DNA of 31,101 bases, taken from NCBI GenBank assembly GCA_963663405.2, contig CAXXSM010000055.1:1-31101 (forward strand), written 5' to 3'. Below the pieces are notes generated by a model. The model was not told the origin of the DNA. It saw only the letters and a program-made list of their open reading frames with translations, and ran no database searches. Numbering within the stretch: position 1 is the stretch's first letter; each line of letters begins with the position of its first letter. The translations under genes were made by a program, and so were the position numbers. Below are positions 1 to 7,980 of this stretch, one piece after another. Origin of the DNA: a bacterium (GTDB lineage Bacteria; Hinthialibacterota; Hinthialibacteria; Hinthialibacterales; Hinthialibacteraceae).

Positions 1-376
1 TCACATCTTTTCGCAAGATGGATTCATAAGCGTCATTGGCCCACGATGTAGACCCCAATCCCATTCGAAACCAAAGCCCCCGCTCATCTTCCCGAAGATC
101 CAATGTGCCCACACTTTTCCGCGCAAGCGGTTTATTCCGATCGTGTCCCCAAAGCGCAACCTGATCGCTTTCCTGTAACGTTTTCCGAAACGCCCCCGGC
201 TCAATCAATTCCCTGAAATAGGTTCCAATAGTCGTTTCCTGATTAAAAACCGCCGCGTACCCCTCAAGATGCCGGGCGCCATTCTCATCCACCACCCGAA
301 TCTCAGCCGCCCCCAAACACCGCTGATTAAAATCCCCCCACCGCTCTTCCGGTTTCATCTCACTCTTCTTCGGCAT
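1..376 (-). CDS. HK97-family phage prohead protease (5' part; runs off left edge)
   Basis: Not in the ORF track because it has no stop in the window. Manual translation from ATG 376: MPKKSEMKPEERWGDFNQRCLGAAEIRVVDENGARHLEGYAAVFNQETTIGTYFRELIEPGAFRKTLQESDQVALWGHDRNKPLARKSVGTLDLREDERGLWFR... The GYAAVF, E.I.PGAF, H-D and L.L.ED.RGL motifs fit Peptidase_S78. Lies directly downstream of the portal gene. Confidence 0.93.
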   Translation of the reverse strand, partial: MPKKSEMKPEERWGDFNQRCLGAAEIRVVDENGARHLEGYAAVFNQETTIGTYFRELIEPGAFRKTLQESDQVALWGHDRNKPLARKSVGTLDLREDERGLWFRMGLGSTSWANDAYESILRKDV

Positions 377-441
377 CGTAAAATCCTTAGTCCCGTTAAA
401 GCAGCCCTCGCGGCTGCTCAGTCTTTAGACGTATCAAAATA

Positions 442-463
442 GCCCAGGGTTTCAACCCTGGGC
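442..463. repeat. REP-like short palindrome overlapping the portal stop codon
   Basis: GCCCAGGGTT-TC-AACCCTGGGC is a perfect inverted repeat. The portal TGA (452-454) lies inside it. Confidence 0.55.
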
Positions 464-1897
464 ACGAGGCGGAACCACCTTCCCATTAGCCCCCAAAATC
501 CGATTCCCCGGCGCCGCAGGCGCCACGCCTTTATCAAGGAAATCAGGCGAATCAAGTAAGACAGCGCCAGCTGGCTGGCTTTTATAATCAGGGTTCAGAC
601 AATTCTTCGTCTCCCCATCCCCATCCACAGGTGACGGCGACCCCTTCCCCGGCTTCTTCCCCCCACTCCCCGAAGGCTCCATATTCCCCGGCATCAAATA
701 AACATCCCCCCCCGCCCGTGGATTCATATTCTCCAAATCCCGAACCTCATTCGCATTGAGCACTCCCCAATTAATCGCGGACCGATAAGCCATCCACCGC
801 GCCATCACATCCCCACGCAGAAGCCCATCCGCGTTAAACTCAAAATAAAATTCCTTCCGCTCGCTATCATCCAACAGATCCAAATTCATCTGCTGTTCCC
901 AATTCTGCATCCAAGGACCCAGGGTGTGCATAACGAAATGAAGGCTCATATGTTCGATATTGTTAAACGTAGCCCGTTTAAGATCGTTGATCATATGCGC
1001 CGGAACCCGGAAGATGGAAGCGATCTCCTCCCGGTTCAACTCCCGCGATTCCAAAAACTGCGCATCCTGCGGAGAAATCCCAACCGTTTCAACTTTCACC
1101 CCCTGCTCAAGAACGGGAACCTCTTCATACGCCTTATCAACGCCCCCAAACTTCTTAGCGAACGATTTCCCAAGATTCGTTCGCGCTTCCGGTTTCAATG
1201 CCCGTTCACTCATGAGCACAAAAGGAGGCGCTGCCCCCTTCTTAAAAAACCGCGCCCCATACCGCTGCGCCCCGATCCCCGCCGCAAGCGTCTCCCGCGC
1301 CGCCGCAATCGGAGAAAGCCCCATCAATCCATCGAGCGAAAGCCCCCGTATATGAAGCACATTACGCGCAGGAATCTCCCGCTCTCCACCGCCCTTCACC
1401 CGAAAATAATATCGAAGTCTCCACCCATCCGCCTCTACCCGCACATGAGACTGTGGCCACGGCCACAACGCCCGAATCCGCGTAGCACGATCCCGCTCGA
1501 TGTACGAATAACAATTCCCCCGCATGGCGGCATGAGCCTGCGCCATCTGACGAAACTGGTACGAAGTCATCTGAGGATTCACACGATCGTGAAGAAGGGT
1601 ATAAAGCGGATGTTCCACCGCCCGTGATTTTTTCTGTGGCCCCGAAGAAGACCGCTGATATAAAAAAAGAGGCAACTGAGCGATCGATTGAGAAAGAACC
1701 TGAATACAAGCATACACAGCAGACAACTGCATAGCCCGATCCGGTGTAACCTCAATCCCCGATTCCGATTCCTCCCCCCCAAACCACTCCGCCAATTCAT
1801 TCGAATACAACGAATAAGGCCCCAACACAGCCGCCCGATAGGCCCGCACAGCCGACCCAGCACACTTCCCCGCCAAAGAAAACAACCTCGAAATCAT
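452..1897 (-). CDS. HK97-family phage portal protein
   Basis: 481 aa with AMQLSAVYACIQVLSQSIAQLP, HPLYTLLH, GNCY, VLHIRGLSLDGLMGLSPI, DAQFLESRE..REEIASIFRVP, ATFNNIE and NEVRDLENMNP..GGD motifs. Confidence 0.97.
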   Translation of the reverse strand: MISRLFSLAGKCAGSAVRAYRAAVLGPYSLYSNELAEWFGGEESESGIEVTPDRAMQLSAVYACIQVLSQSIAQLPLFLYQRSSSGPQKKSRAVEHPLYTLLHDRVNPQMTSYQFRQMAQAHAAMRGNCYSYIERDRATRIRALWPWPQSHVRVEADGWRLRYYFRVKGGGEREIPARNVLHIRGLSLDGLMGLSPIAAARETLAAGIGAQRYGARFFKKGAAPPFVLMSERALKPEARTNLGKSFAKKFGGVDKAYEEVPVLEQGVKVETVGISPQDAQFLESRELNREEIASIFRVPAHMINDLKRATFNNIEHMSLHFVMHTLGPWMQNWEQQMNLDLLDDSERKEFYFEFNADGLLRGDVMARWMAYRSAINWGVLNANEVRDLENMNPRAGGDVYLMPGNMEPSGSGGKKPGKGSPSPVDGDGETKNCLNPDYKSQPAGAVLLDSPDFLDKGVAPAAPGNRILGANGKVVPPRAQG

Positions 1898-2232
1898 GTT
1901 CCCTCAATCCCAAAAACCAGCGCAAGCGCCGTGCTGTTAATTCTCCCCCCAGGATTGGGTGGAGTTAGAGGGGGGTCGATCATCAATGAGACAATCCTTC
2001 CTCCCTCTCTGGGTGCCCAGGACAAGGCTTTTTTCTGTCCTGGCATTGAACCCCACAAACCCAAAAATTTACCGCCGGGACGGAACTGGGGGTTGTTGTT
2101 CAGCGAAACAACATGGGGGGTAAATCCCGCCCCGGCCTAAAACTTCATGAACGGTTGAGGGCTGTACCCTCTTACACTGCGAATCCTATCACCGTTTCAA
2201 AAATATCAACCCAAAATCCAAAAAACACGAAA

Positions 2233-2256
2233 AAAACGTCTATATATAGACGTTTT
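2233..2256. promoter_or_regulatory. 24-bp perfect palindrome (NrdR-box-like operator) upstream of the head genes
   Basis: AAAACGTCTATA|TATAGACGTTTT. The core CTATATATAG fits the NrdR-box core CwAtATaTwG. Function is inferred. Confidence 0.55.
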
Positions 2257-2449
2257 CGATTGAATATAAATATTTCTGCAACATAGTGGAGGGCGCAAAA
2301 AAGTTGATTTTCTGATAGAAATGTGATAGGCGATGGGGGATTACTATGTATAAAAAAACAAACGAAGGGATGATAAATTATTCGATATCAGCGGGGCCTG
2401 AGAGCAAAAAACGGGCGGAATCTTTTATTGTGGATTTCAATCGAAATGT

Positions 2450-4027
2450 TTATTGACAATCGCCAACAATCCCCAAACCCACGAATTCGAGATACATCCA
2501 ATAGGGAATTTCCAGCAAATTCACTTGATCGCCTGTATCGATGATGATCGTGATGGGAAGGAATTGATTGTTTACGTAATCGGGAGGATACAATGGACCA
2601 TTCGCGAGCACAGAAAGATAAATTGACGTGGCTAGCGTATCATCCCATGAGATGTATCCTCCACTGCTAATCCCGTCTCCTCCAACTTGAGGTGTCTCTC
2701 CATTGAATAGCAGTTTCCAGATCACCGCCTGAATTACGTTTTGATCAACGCCAACATATAATCCATAGCGATAATTAACCAGCAAGTAATTCACTAAATC
2801 AAAATTCTCTGGATTGCCTACTAGGGAACATACTTCCGTCTCAGAAGTATAAATCCCAATATTACTATACCACATGCCAAGCTGGATTTTCGTAAGCATA
2901 TCCGCGCACCACGCGGGATACGTTTCTTCGTCTCCCAATGCCGTAGCAGGAATAAACCGCGCGTCAAAATAACTGCCGTTAATCTTACCAGGCCAATACC
3001 GGCTTATAAATCCATCGCCATTCACAAGGTAACTTGTGTCGATCGACACGCACTCAAATGGATAAAAACCGTCCTGAGGAGAATAAGTTAGGTTAACACC
3101 CCGGTTTTGCAGTACAAGAATCGCCGCCCAATCATAACAGGTTAAGTTGTTGTATTGTACCTGAACGACATCTCCTGCTCCGAGACCCGTATTGACGACT
3201 AGACTAGAAATGCTGGTTAATTTATTGCGAGAGCAAGAGAGTGAGGTCAAAGCGGTATTGTTGGAGACATCCAGGTTGGTTAATTGATTTTCATAACACC
3301 AGAGATATTCCAAAGCGGTGTTGTTAGTGACATCCAGGCTGGTTAATTGATTTTTATAGCAATGGAGATAATTTAAAGCGGTGTTGTTGGAGACATTCAG
3401 GCTGGTTAATTGATTGTAGCCGCAATAGAGAAAAGTCAAAGCAGTGTTGTTGGCTACATCCAGGCTGGTTAATTGATTCATAGAGCAATAGAGAGAAGTC
3501 AAAGTGATGTTGTTAGAGAGATCAAGGCTGGTTAATCGATTTTCATAACACCAGAGATATTCCAAAGCGGTGTTGTCAGAGACATCTAGACTGGTTAAAT
3601 GATTTTTATAGCACCTTAGATTAGTCAAAACGGTGTTGTTGGTGACATTTAGACTAGTTAATTGGTTGTTAGTGCACGTGAGATCATTTAAAGCAGTATT
3701 GTTGGAGAGATCAAGGCTGATTAATTGATTGTTATAGCAGTCAAGGCTAGATATACTAGTAAAATATTCAATTCCAGTCAAATCACTAATATTACGATCA
3801 TTGCAGTAAATGGCACCTGTCTTAGCCGCCGCGTCGGCGGCGGTAAAATCTCCACCCATATAACCCTCAATATAACTAAGAAAATTCGGATCGGGGAAAT
3901 GGGTAGAATCGTTTATGTTCTGCGCAGTGGAGAAATTCACCACTAATGAGCTTAAGAGCGCCAATGACACAACAACAATAATCCTTCGCGAGTGGTTTTG
4001 ACAGCATTCTTTTCCTGAAGTAAACAT
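2450..4027 (-). CDS. Secreted LRR protein (9 x 21-aa repeats) with C-terminal putative thioester (TED/TQXA-like) domain
   Basis: Signal peptide (RRIIVVVSLALLSSLVVNFSTA|Q), FPDPNF N-cap, LxxLxCxxNQLTSLDVSNNTA repeats, then C-terminal AWCAD...NPENFDLVNYLL...IQAVIWKLL...GDQVNLL. AGGAG RBS present. Confidence 0.85.
   Translation of the reverse strand: MFTSGKECCQNHSRRIIVVVSLALLSSLVVNFSTAQNINDSTHFPDPNFLSYIEGYMGGDFTAADAAAKTGAIYCNDRNISDLTGIEYFTSISSLDCYNNQLISLDLSNNTALNDLTCTNNQLTSLNVTNNTVLTNLRCYKNHLTSLDVSDNTALEYLWCYENRLTSLDLSNNITLTSLYCSMNQLTSLDVANNTALTFLYCGYNQLTSLNVSNNTALNYLHCYKNQLTSLDVTNNTALEYLWCYENQLTNLDVSNNTALTSLSCSRNKLTSISSLVVNTGLGAGDVVQVQYNNLTCYDWAAILVLQNRGVNLTYSPQDGFYPFECVSIDTSYLVNGDGFISRYWPGKINGSYFDARFIPATALGDEETYPAWCADMLTKIQLGMWYSNIGIYTSETEVCSLVGNPENFDLVNYLLVNYRYGLYVGVDQNVIQAVIWKLLFNGETPQVGGDGISSGGYISWDDTLATSIYLSVLANGPLYPPDYVNNQFLPITIIIDTGDQVNLLEIPYWMYLEFVGLGIVGDCQ
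3215..3780 (-). repeat. 63-bp coding tandem repeat (LRR array 1)
   Basis: Nine units with constant GGTTAATTGATT / AAAGCGGTGTTGTT flanks on the + strand. Boundaries approximate. Confidence 0.9.
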
Positions 4028-4065
4028 AGATACGTTCTCCTTTAAAATCTCATAAACAATTGCAA

Positions 4066-4135
4066 GTGGGTATTCGCCACTGACTCACTATTTCCCTATT
4101 GGCGGCCAAATAGAGGAAAATAGATCAAATGCTTA
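4066..4135 (-). promoter_or_regulatory. c-di-GMP-II riboswitch-like leader, copy 1 (5' end fused to the upstream stop codon)
   Basis: Minus strand reads TAAGCATTTGATCTATTTTCCTCTATTTGGCCGCCAATAGGGAAATAGTGAGTCAGTGGCGAATACCC, with stem CTATTT/AAATAG and pseudoknot CGCCA/TGGCG. Confidence 0.5.
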
Positions 4136-5848
4136 TTGACAATCACCAACAATCCCCAAATCCACAAATTCAAGATACATCCAATAGGGGATTTCCAACA
4201 AATTCACTTGATCGCCTGTATCAATGATAATCGTGATAGGAAGAAATGTATTGTTAGCGTAATCGGGGGGATAGCTGCGTCCATTCGTGAGCACGGAATT
4301 ATAGATAGACGTGGCTAGAGAATTATCCCATGAGATGTATCCTCCACTGCTAATCCCGTCTCCTCCAACTTGAGGTGTCTCTCCATTGAATAGCAGTTTC
4401 CAGATCACCGCCTGAATTACGTTTTGATCAACGCCAACATATAATCCATAGCGATAATTAACCAGCAGATAATTCACTAAATCAAAATTTTCTGGATTGC
4501 CAACCAAGGAACAAACATCCGTCTCAGATGTATAAATCCCAATACTGCTGTACCACATGCCTAGTCGAATTATTGTAAGCATATCCGCACACCACGCGGG
4601 ATATGTTTCTTCCCCGCCCAGCGCCGTCGCTGGAATAAACCGCGCATCAAAATAACTGCTATTTATATATCCCGGCCAATATCGACCACTGCCTCCACCG
4701 GTTCCATCTCCATTAACGAGGTAACTTGTGTCGATCGATGGACAACTAAATGGATTTAAACCATTCTGGGGGGAATCATGAAACTCAGCGCCAATCCGGC
4801 TTTGTAGTATAAGAATAGCCGCCCAATCATCGCAGGATAGGTTGTTGTACATTACATTAACATAATCTCCTGATCCGAGACCCGTATTGGCGACTAAACT
4901 TGAAATGTTCGTTAATTGATTGTCATCGCATGAAAGGGTTTTTAAAGCGGTGTTGTTGGAGACATTCAGGTTTGTTAATTGATTTGTACTGCACCAGAAC
5001 CAATATAACGCAGTGTTATTGGAAACATCCAGGCTGGTTAATTGATTCCTCTGACACCAGAACCAATATAACGCAGTGTTGTTAAAGACATCTAAACTGG
5101 TTAATTGATTGTCGCCACATTTGAAAATAGTCAAAGCAGTGCTGTTGGTGACATCTATGCTGGTTAATTGATTATTTTGACACTCGAGGTTAGTCAAAGC
5201 AGTGTTGTTGGATACGACCAGGCTGGTTAATTGATTGTTATCGCAACGGAGATAAGTCAAAGCGGTGTTATTGGAGACATCCAGGCTTGTTAATTGATTG
5301 GTATAGCAATAGAGATAAGTCAAAGCGGTGTTGTTGGATACGTCCAGGCTGGTTAATTGATTGTCATAGCATTGAAGGCTAGTCAAAGCGGTGTTGTTGG
5401 ATACGTCCAGGCTGGTTAATTGATTGTTATCGCATCGAAGGCTAGTCAAAGCAGTGTTGTTGGATACGACCAGGCTGGTTAATTGATTGTTATCGCAACG
5501 GAGATAAGTCAAAGCGGTATTGCTGGAGACGTCCAAACTGGTTAATTGATTGCCATAGCATTTAAGTTGTTGTATACCAGTAAAAAATTCTATTCCAGTC
5601 AAATCACTGATATTCTTATAGATAGGGCTGAAAACACCCGTCTTCGCCGCCGCGTCTGCGGCTGTGAAATCTCCACCCATATAACTCTCAACATAGCTAA
5701 GGAAATTCGGATCGGGAAAATGGGTGGAATCGTTGATGTTCTGAGCAGTGGAGAAATTCACCATGAATGTACTTAAGAGCGCCAGTGATACAACAACAAT
5801 AATTTTTCGCGAGTGGTTTTGACTGCATTCTTTTCCTGAAGTTAACAT
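4133..5848 (-). CDS. Secreted LRR protein (11 repeats) with C-terminal putative thioester (TED/TQXA-like) domain
   Basis: Paralog of 2450..4027 with a near-identical C-terminal domain. Start moved from 5929 to ATG 5848 (MLTSGKEC) because it follows an AGGAG RBS and aligns with the paralog start, giving 571 aa. Confidence 0.85.
   Translation of the reverse strand: MLTSGKECSQNHSRKIIVVVSLALLSTFMVNFSTAQNINDSTHFPDPNFLSYVESYMGGDFTAADAAAKTGVFSPIYKNISDLTGIEFFTGIQQLKCYGNQLTSLDVSSNTALTYLRCDNNQLTSLVVSNNTALTSLRCDNNQLTSLDVSNNTALTSLQCYDNQLTSLDVSNNTALTYLYCYTNQLTSLDVSNNTALTYLRCDNNQLTSLVVSNNTALTNLECQNNQLTSIDVTNSTALTIFKCGDNQLTSLDVFNNTALYWFWCQRNQLTSLDVSNNTALYWFWCSTNQLTNLNVSNNTALKTLSCDDNQLTNISSLVANTGLGSGDYVNVMYNNLSCDDWAAILILQSRIGAEFHDSPQNGLNPFSCPSIDTSYLVNGDGTGGGSGRYWPGYINSSYFDARFIPATALGGEETYPAWCADMLTIIRLGMWYSSIGIYTSETDVCSLVGNPENFDLVNYLLVNYRYGLYVGVDQNVIQAVIWKLLFNGETPQVGGDGISSGGYISWDNSLATSIYNSVLTNGRSYPPDYANNTFLPITIIIDTGDQVNLLEIPYWMYLEFVDLGIVGDCQ
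4905..5600 (-). repeat. 63-bp coding tandem repeat (LRR array 2)
   Basis: Eleven units; TYLRCDN and YWFWC modules each occur twice. Boundaries approximate. Confidence 0.9.
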
Positions 5849-5880
5849 AGTTACTTCTCCTAATAATATAATAATTATAT

Positions 5881-5958
5881 TGTTGGAGGGGATTCGCCAC
5901 TGGCTCCCTATTTTCCTATTGGCGACCAATTAGAGAAAAATAGATCAATGCTTCCACA
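5881..5958 (-). promoter_or_regulatory. c-di-GMP-II riboswitch-like leader, copy 2 (best preserved)
   Basis: Minus strand reads GGAAGC-ATTGA-TCTATTTTTCT-CTAATTGG-TCGCCA-AT-AGGAAAATAGG-GAGCCAG-TGGCGA-ATCC. Same layout as the class II c-di-GMP aptamer: GGAA.C, kink-turn GA/GA, long stem, 6-bp pseudoknot TCGCCA/TGGCGA. Ends about 30 nt before the start codon. Confidence 0.65.
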
Positions 5959-6202
5959 TTTATTGCAAGTCAAAAAAATAATAAAGTAAAATCAATATGT
6001 TGCATAGTGGTATATATTAATAAAATAAAAAAAGCACTAAAACGTTACATTCATTACCATTTAAGTAAACTATACCATTCATCCCTCTATATTTAAAGAT
6101 AGATACAACCAAATAATAGATATAATAATATGATTCCAAGAATACAAAAAAGTGAATTGAATTTGAAAAAAATTATAACTATGCGAAATCCACTATCGCT
6201 TT

Positions 6203-6478
6203 CTATTTCTCCGCCGTCGAATACCGCTTCCCACATTTCGCACTTAAACAAAGACGATAACGAGTTATGTAACCCCTCTTCCGTTCCGTTTTTACGACCT
6301 TGCTATACACACTCCCACAATAAGGACACCCAACCCCCCGCTCAATCCTCCGCGCCATCCGCACATCCTGATAAACCTTCACCAGTTTTTCGATATCAAC
6401 CCGCCCGATCCGCTTCGCCCACTGCTTCACAGCAGCTCCCTCAACACCTGATCCAACTTTTAAAACGTCACCTTCCAA
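6203..6478 (-). CDS. Small NrdR-N-like zinc-ribbon protein (N-terminally shortened paralog of 7981..8391)
   Basis: CPYCGSVYSKVVKTERKRGYITRYRLCLSAKCGKRYSTAEK. The C-terminal ~55 aa are nearly identical to 7981..8391. Confidence 0.75.
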   Translation of the reverse strand: MEGDVLKVGSGVEGAAVKQWAKRIGRVDIEKLVKVYQDVRMARRIERGVGCPYCGSVYSKVVKTERKRGYITRYRLCLSAKCGKRYSTAEK

Positions 6479-6503
6479 TTACGAGAACCGTTTTGATACC
6501 CGC

Positions 6504-7655
6504 TTAATCAAACTCAATTGACACTCTCACCATATCTAATATATTGACTGCTCCATCATCATTCACATCCGCTAGATCGGGTATGGAGCCATCCCCTATG
6601 GACGACCAGGATGGAGAGAGTCCATCGTTTACTTCACGGCCAAAATGAATACTAATCACGACTAAATCCAAAATATTTACCACCCAATCGCCGTTAACAT
6701 CCTCAACCTTCGGTATGCAATAAAATGGATCCAATCCATTTTGAGGGGAATAATAAAAACTATTTAAATTTCGGCTTTGCAGAGTAAGAATATCCGCCCA
6801 ATCATCGCAGGATAGATTGTTGTACTGTACTTGTAAGCTATCCCCTGATCCGAGGCCAGGATTGGCGATTAGACTTGAAATGTTAGTTAATTGATTATTT
6901 TTACAGTTGAGATTAATCAAAGCGGTGTTATTGGAGATATCCAGGCTTGTTAATTGATTGGTATAGCAATAGAGAAAAGTCAAATCGGTGTTGTTGGAGA
7001 CATCCAGGCTCGTTAATTGATTGGTATAGCAATAGAAGATAACTAAATCGGTGTTGTTGGAGACATCCAGGTTCATTAATTGATTCTCATAGCACCTTAG
7101 TGTAGTCAATGCAGTGTTGTTGGAGACATCCAGGCTTGTTAATTGATTATTCCCACAATTGAGATAAAGCAAATCGGTGTTGTTGGAGATATCCAGGCTC
7201 GTTAATTGATTGGTATAGCAAAAGAGAAAAGTCAAAGCGGTGTTGTTAGAGACATCCAGGCTAGTCAATTGATTGGTATGGCAGTGGATAACATCTAATG
7301 CAGTATTTTTGGAAAGGTCTAAACTAGTTAGCTGATTAACATGGCAACCGAGTGCCTGTATACTAGAAAAATATTGTATTCCAGTCAAATCACTGATATT
7401 ACGGTTATTGCAACCAAAAGCACCCGTTTTCGCCGCTGCATCGGCGGCAGTGAAAGGATTTTCTGGATCGGTGGGGGGAGGATTCATGAAATTCCTAACT
7501 GCATCAAGGAAATTCGGATCCGGGAAATGTGCGGACGTGTTGATGTTTTGCGCGATGGATGTATTTACCATAAATGCGCTCAAGAGCGTCAGTGATACAA
7601 CAATAATTATCTTTCGTGAGTTTTTTTTGACAATTTTTTTTTCGAAAGTGAACAT
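6504..7655 (-). CDS. Secreted LRR protein (8 repeats) with C-terminal dockerin-like duplicated Ca-binding motif
   Basis: Same signal peptide, N-cap and LRRs as the paralogs; ends with DVNGDWVVNILDLV...DVNDDGAVNILDMV. Start moved to ATG 7655 (GGGAG RBS, aligns with paralogs), giving 383 aa. Confidence 0.85.
   Translation of the reverse strand: MFTFEKKIVKKNSRKIIIVVSLTLLSAFMVNTSIAQNINTSAHFPDPNFLDAVRNFMNPPPTDPENPFTAADAAAKTGAFGCNNRNISDLTGIQYFSSIQALGCHVNQLTSLDLSKNTALDVIHCHTNQLTSLDVSNNTALTFLFCYTNQLTSLDISNNTDLLYLNCGNNQLTSLDVSNNTALTTLRCYENQLMNLDVSNNTDLVIFYCYTNQLTSLDVSNNTDLTFLYCYTNQLTSLDISNNTALINLNCKNNQLTNISSLIANPGLGSGDSLQVQYNNLSCDDWADILTLQSRNLNSFYYSPQNGLDPFYCIPKVEDVNGDWVVNILDLVVISIHFGREVNDGLSPSWSSIGDGSIPDLADVNDDGAVNILDMVRVSIEFD
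6885..7390 (-). repeat. 63-bp coding tandem repeat (LRR array 3)
   Basis: Eight units with the same framework as arrays 1 and 2. Boundaries approximate. Confidence 0.9.
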
Positions 7656-7680
7656 TGATAAATTCTCCCAGAAATTTGTT

Positions 7681-7754
7681 GTTGAAGGGGATACGTCATT
7701 CGCTACATGTTTCTCGATTGGCAACCAATAAGAGGAAAACAGACCAGTGCTTCT
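7681..7754 (-). promoter_or_regulatory. Degenerate c-di-GMP-II riboswitch-like leader, copy 3
   Basis: Minus strand reads AGAAGCACTGGTCTGTTTTCCTCTTATTGGTTGCCAATCGAGAAACATGTAGCGAATGACGTATCCCC. It aligns to copies 1 and 2 and keeps the stem as TGTTT/AAACA, but the pseudoknot and kink-turn are mismatched. Confidence 0.4.
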
Positions 7755-7980
7755 ACCTGAATTATATATTGAGTTAAGAATAAAGCAAAATTTATTCTTT
7801 GAATAGAGATTATATACAAAACGCATAAATCGATATACTATCACTACTATTTTAGTATATTTTTACATTCATCCATCAATATTTATAGTTAACTTCAATT
7901 ATATAATAGAAATAACAACATGATATCACAGCATAATTTAGGTGAAATTGAGTTGTTTTTTTAAAAACAATACCAAAAAC

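Noticed and set aside
1-204. 67-aa ORF from the track
   Set aside because: Off-frame shadow of the prohead protease gene (1..376).
926-2140. Several ORFs overlapping the portal gene
   Set aside because: Antisense or alternative-frame shadows with no recognisable motifs.
3215-7390. CRISPR array or DGR interpretation of the 63-bp repeats
   Set aside because: Repeats are in-frame coding units. No cas or reverse transcriptase gene is in the window, there is no non-coding template repeat, and differences are not restricted to adenines.
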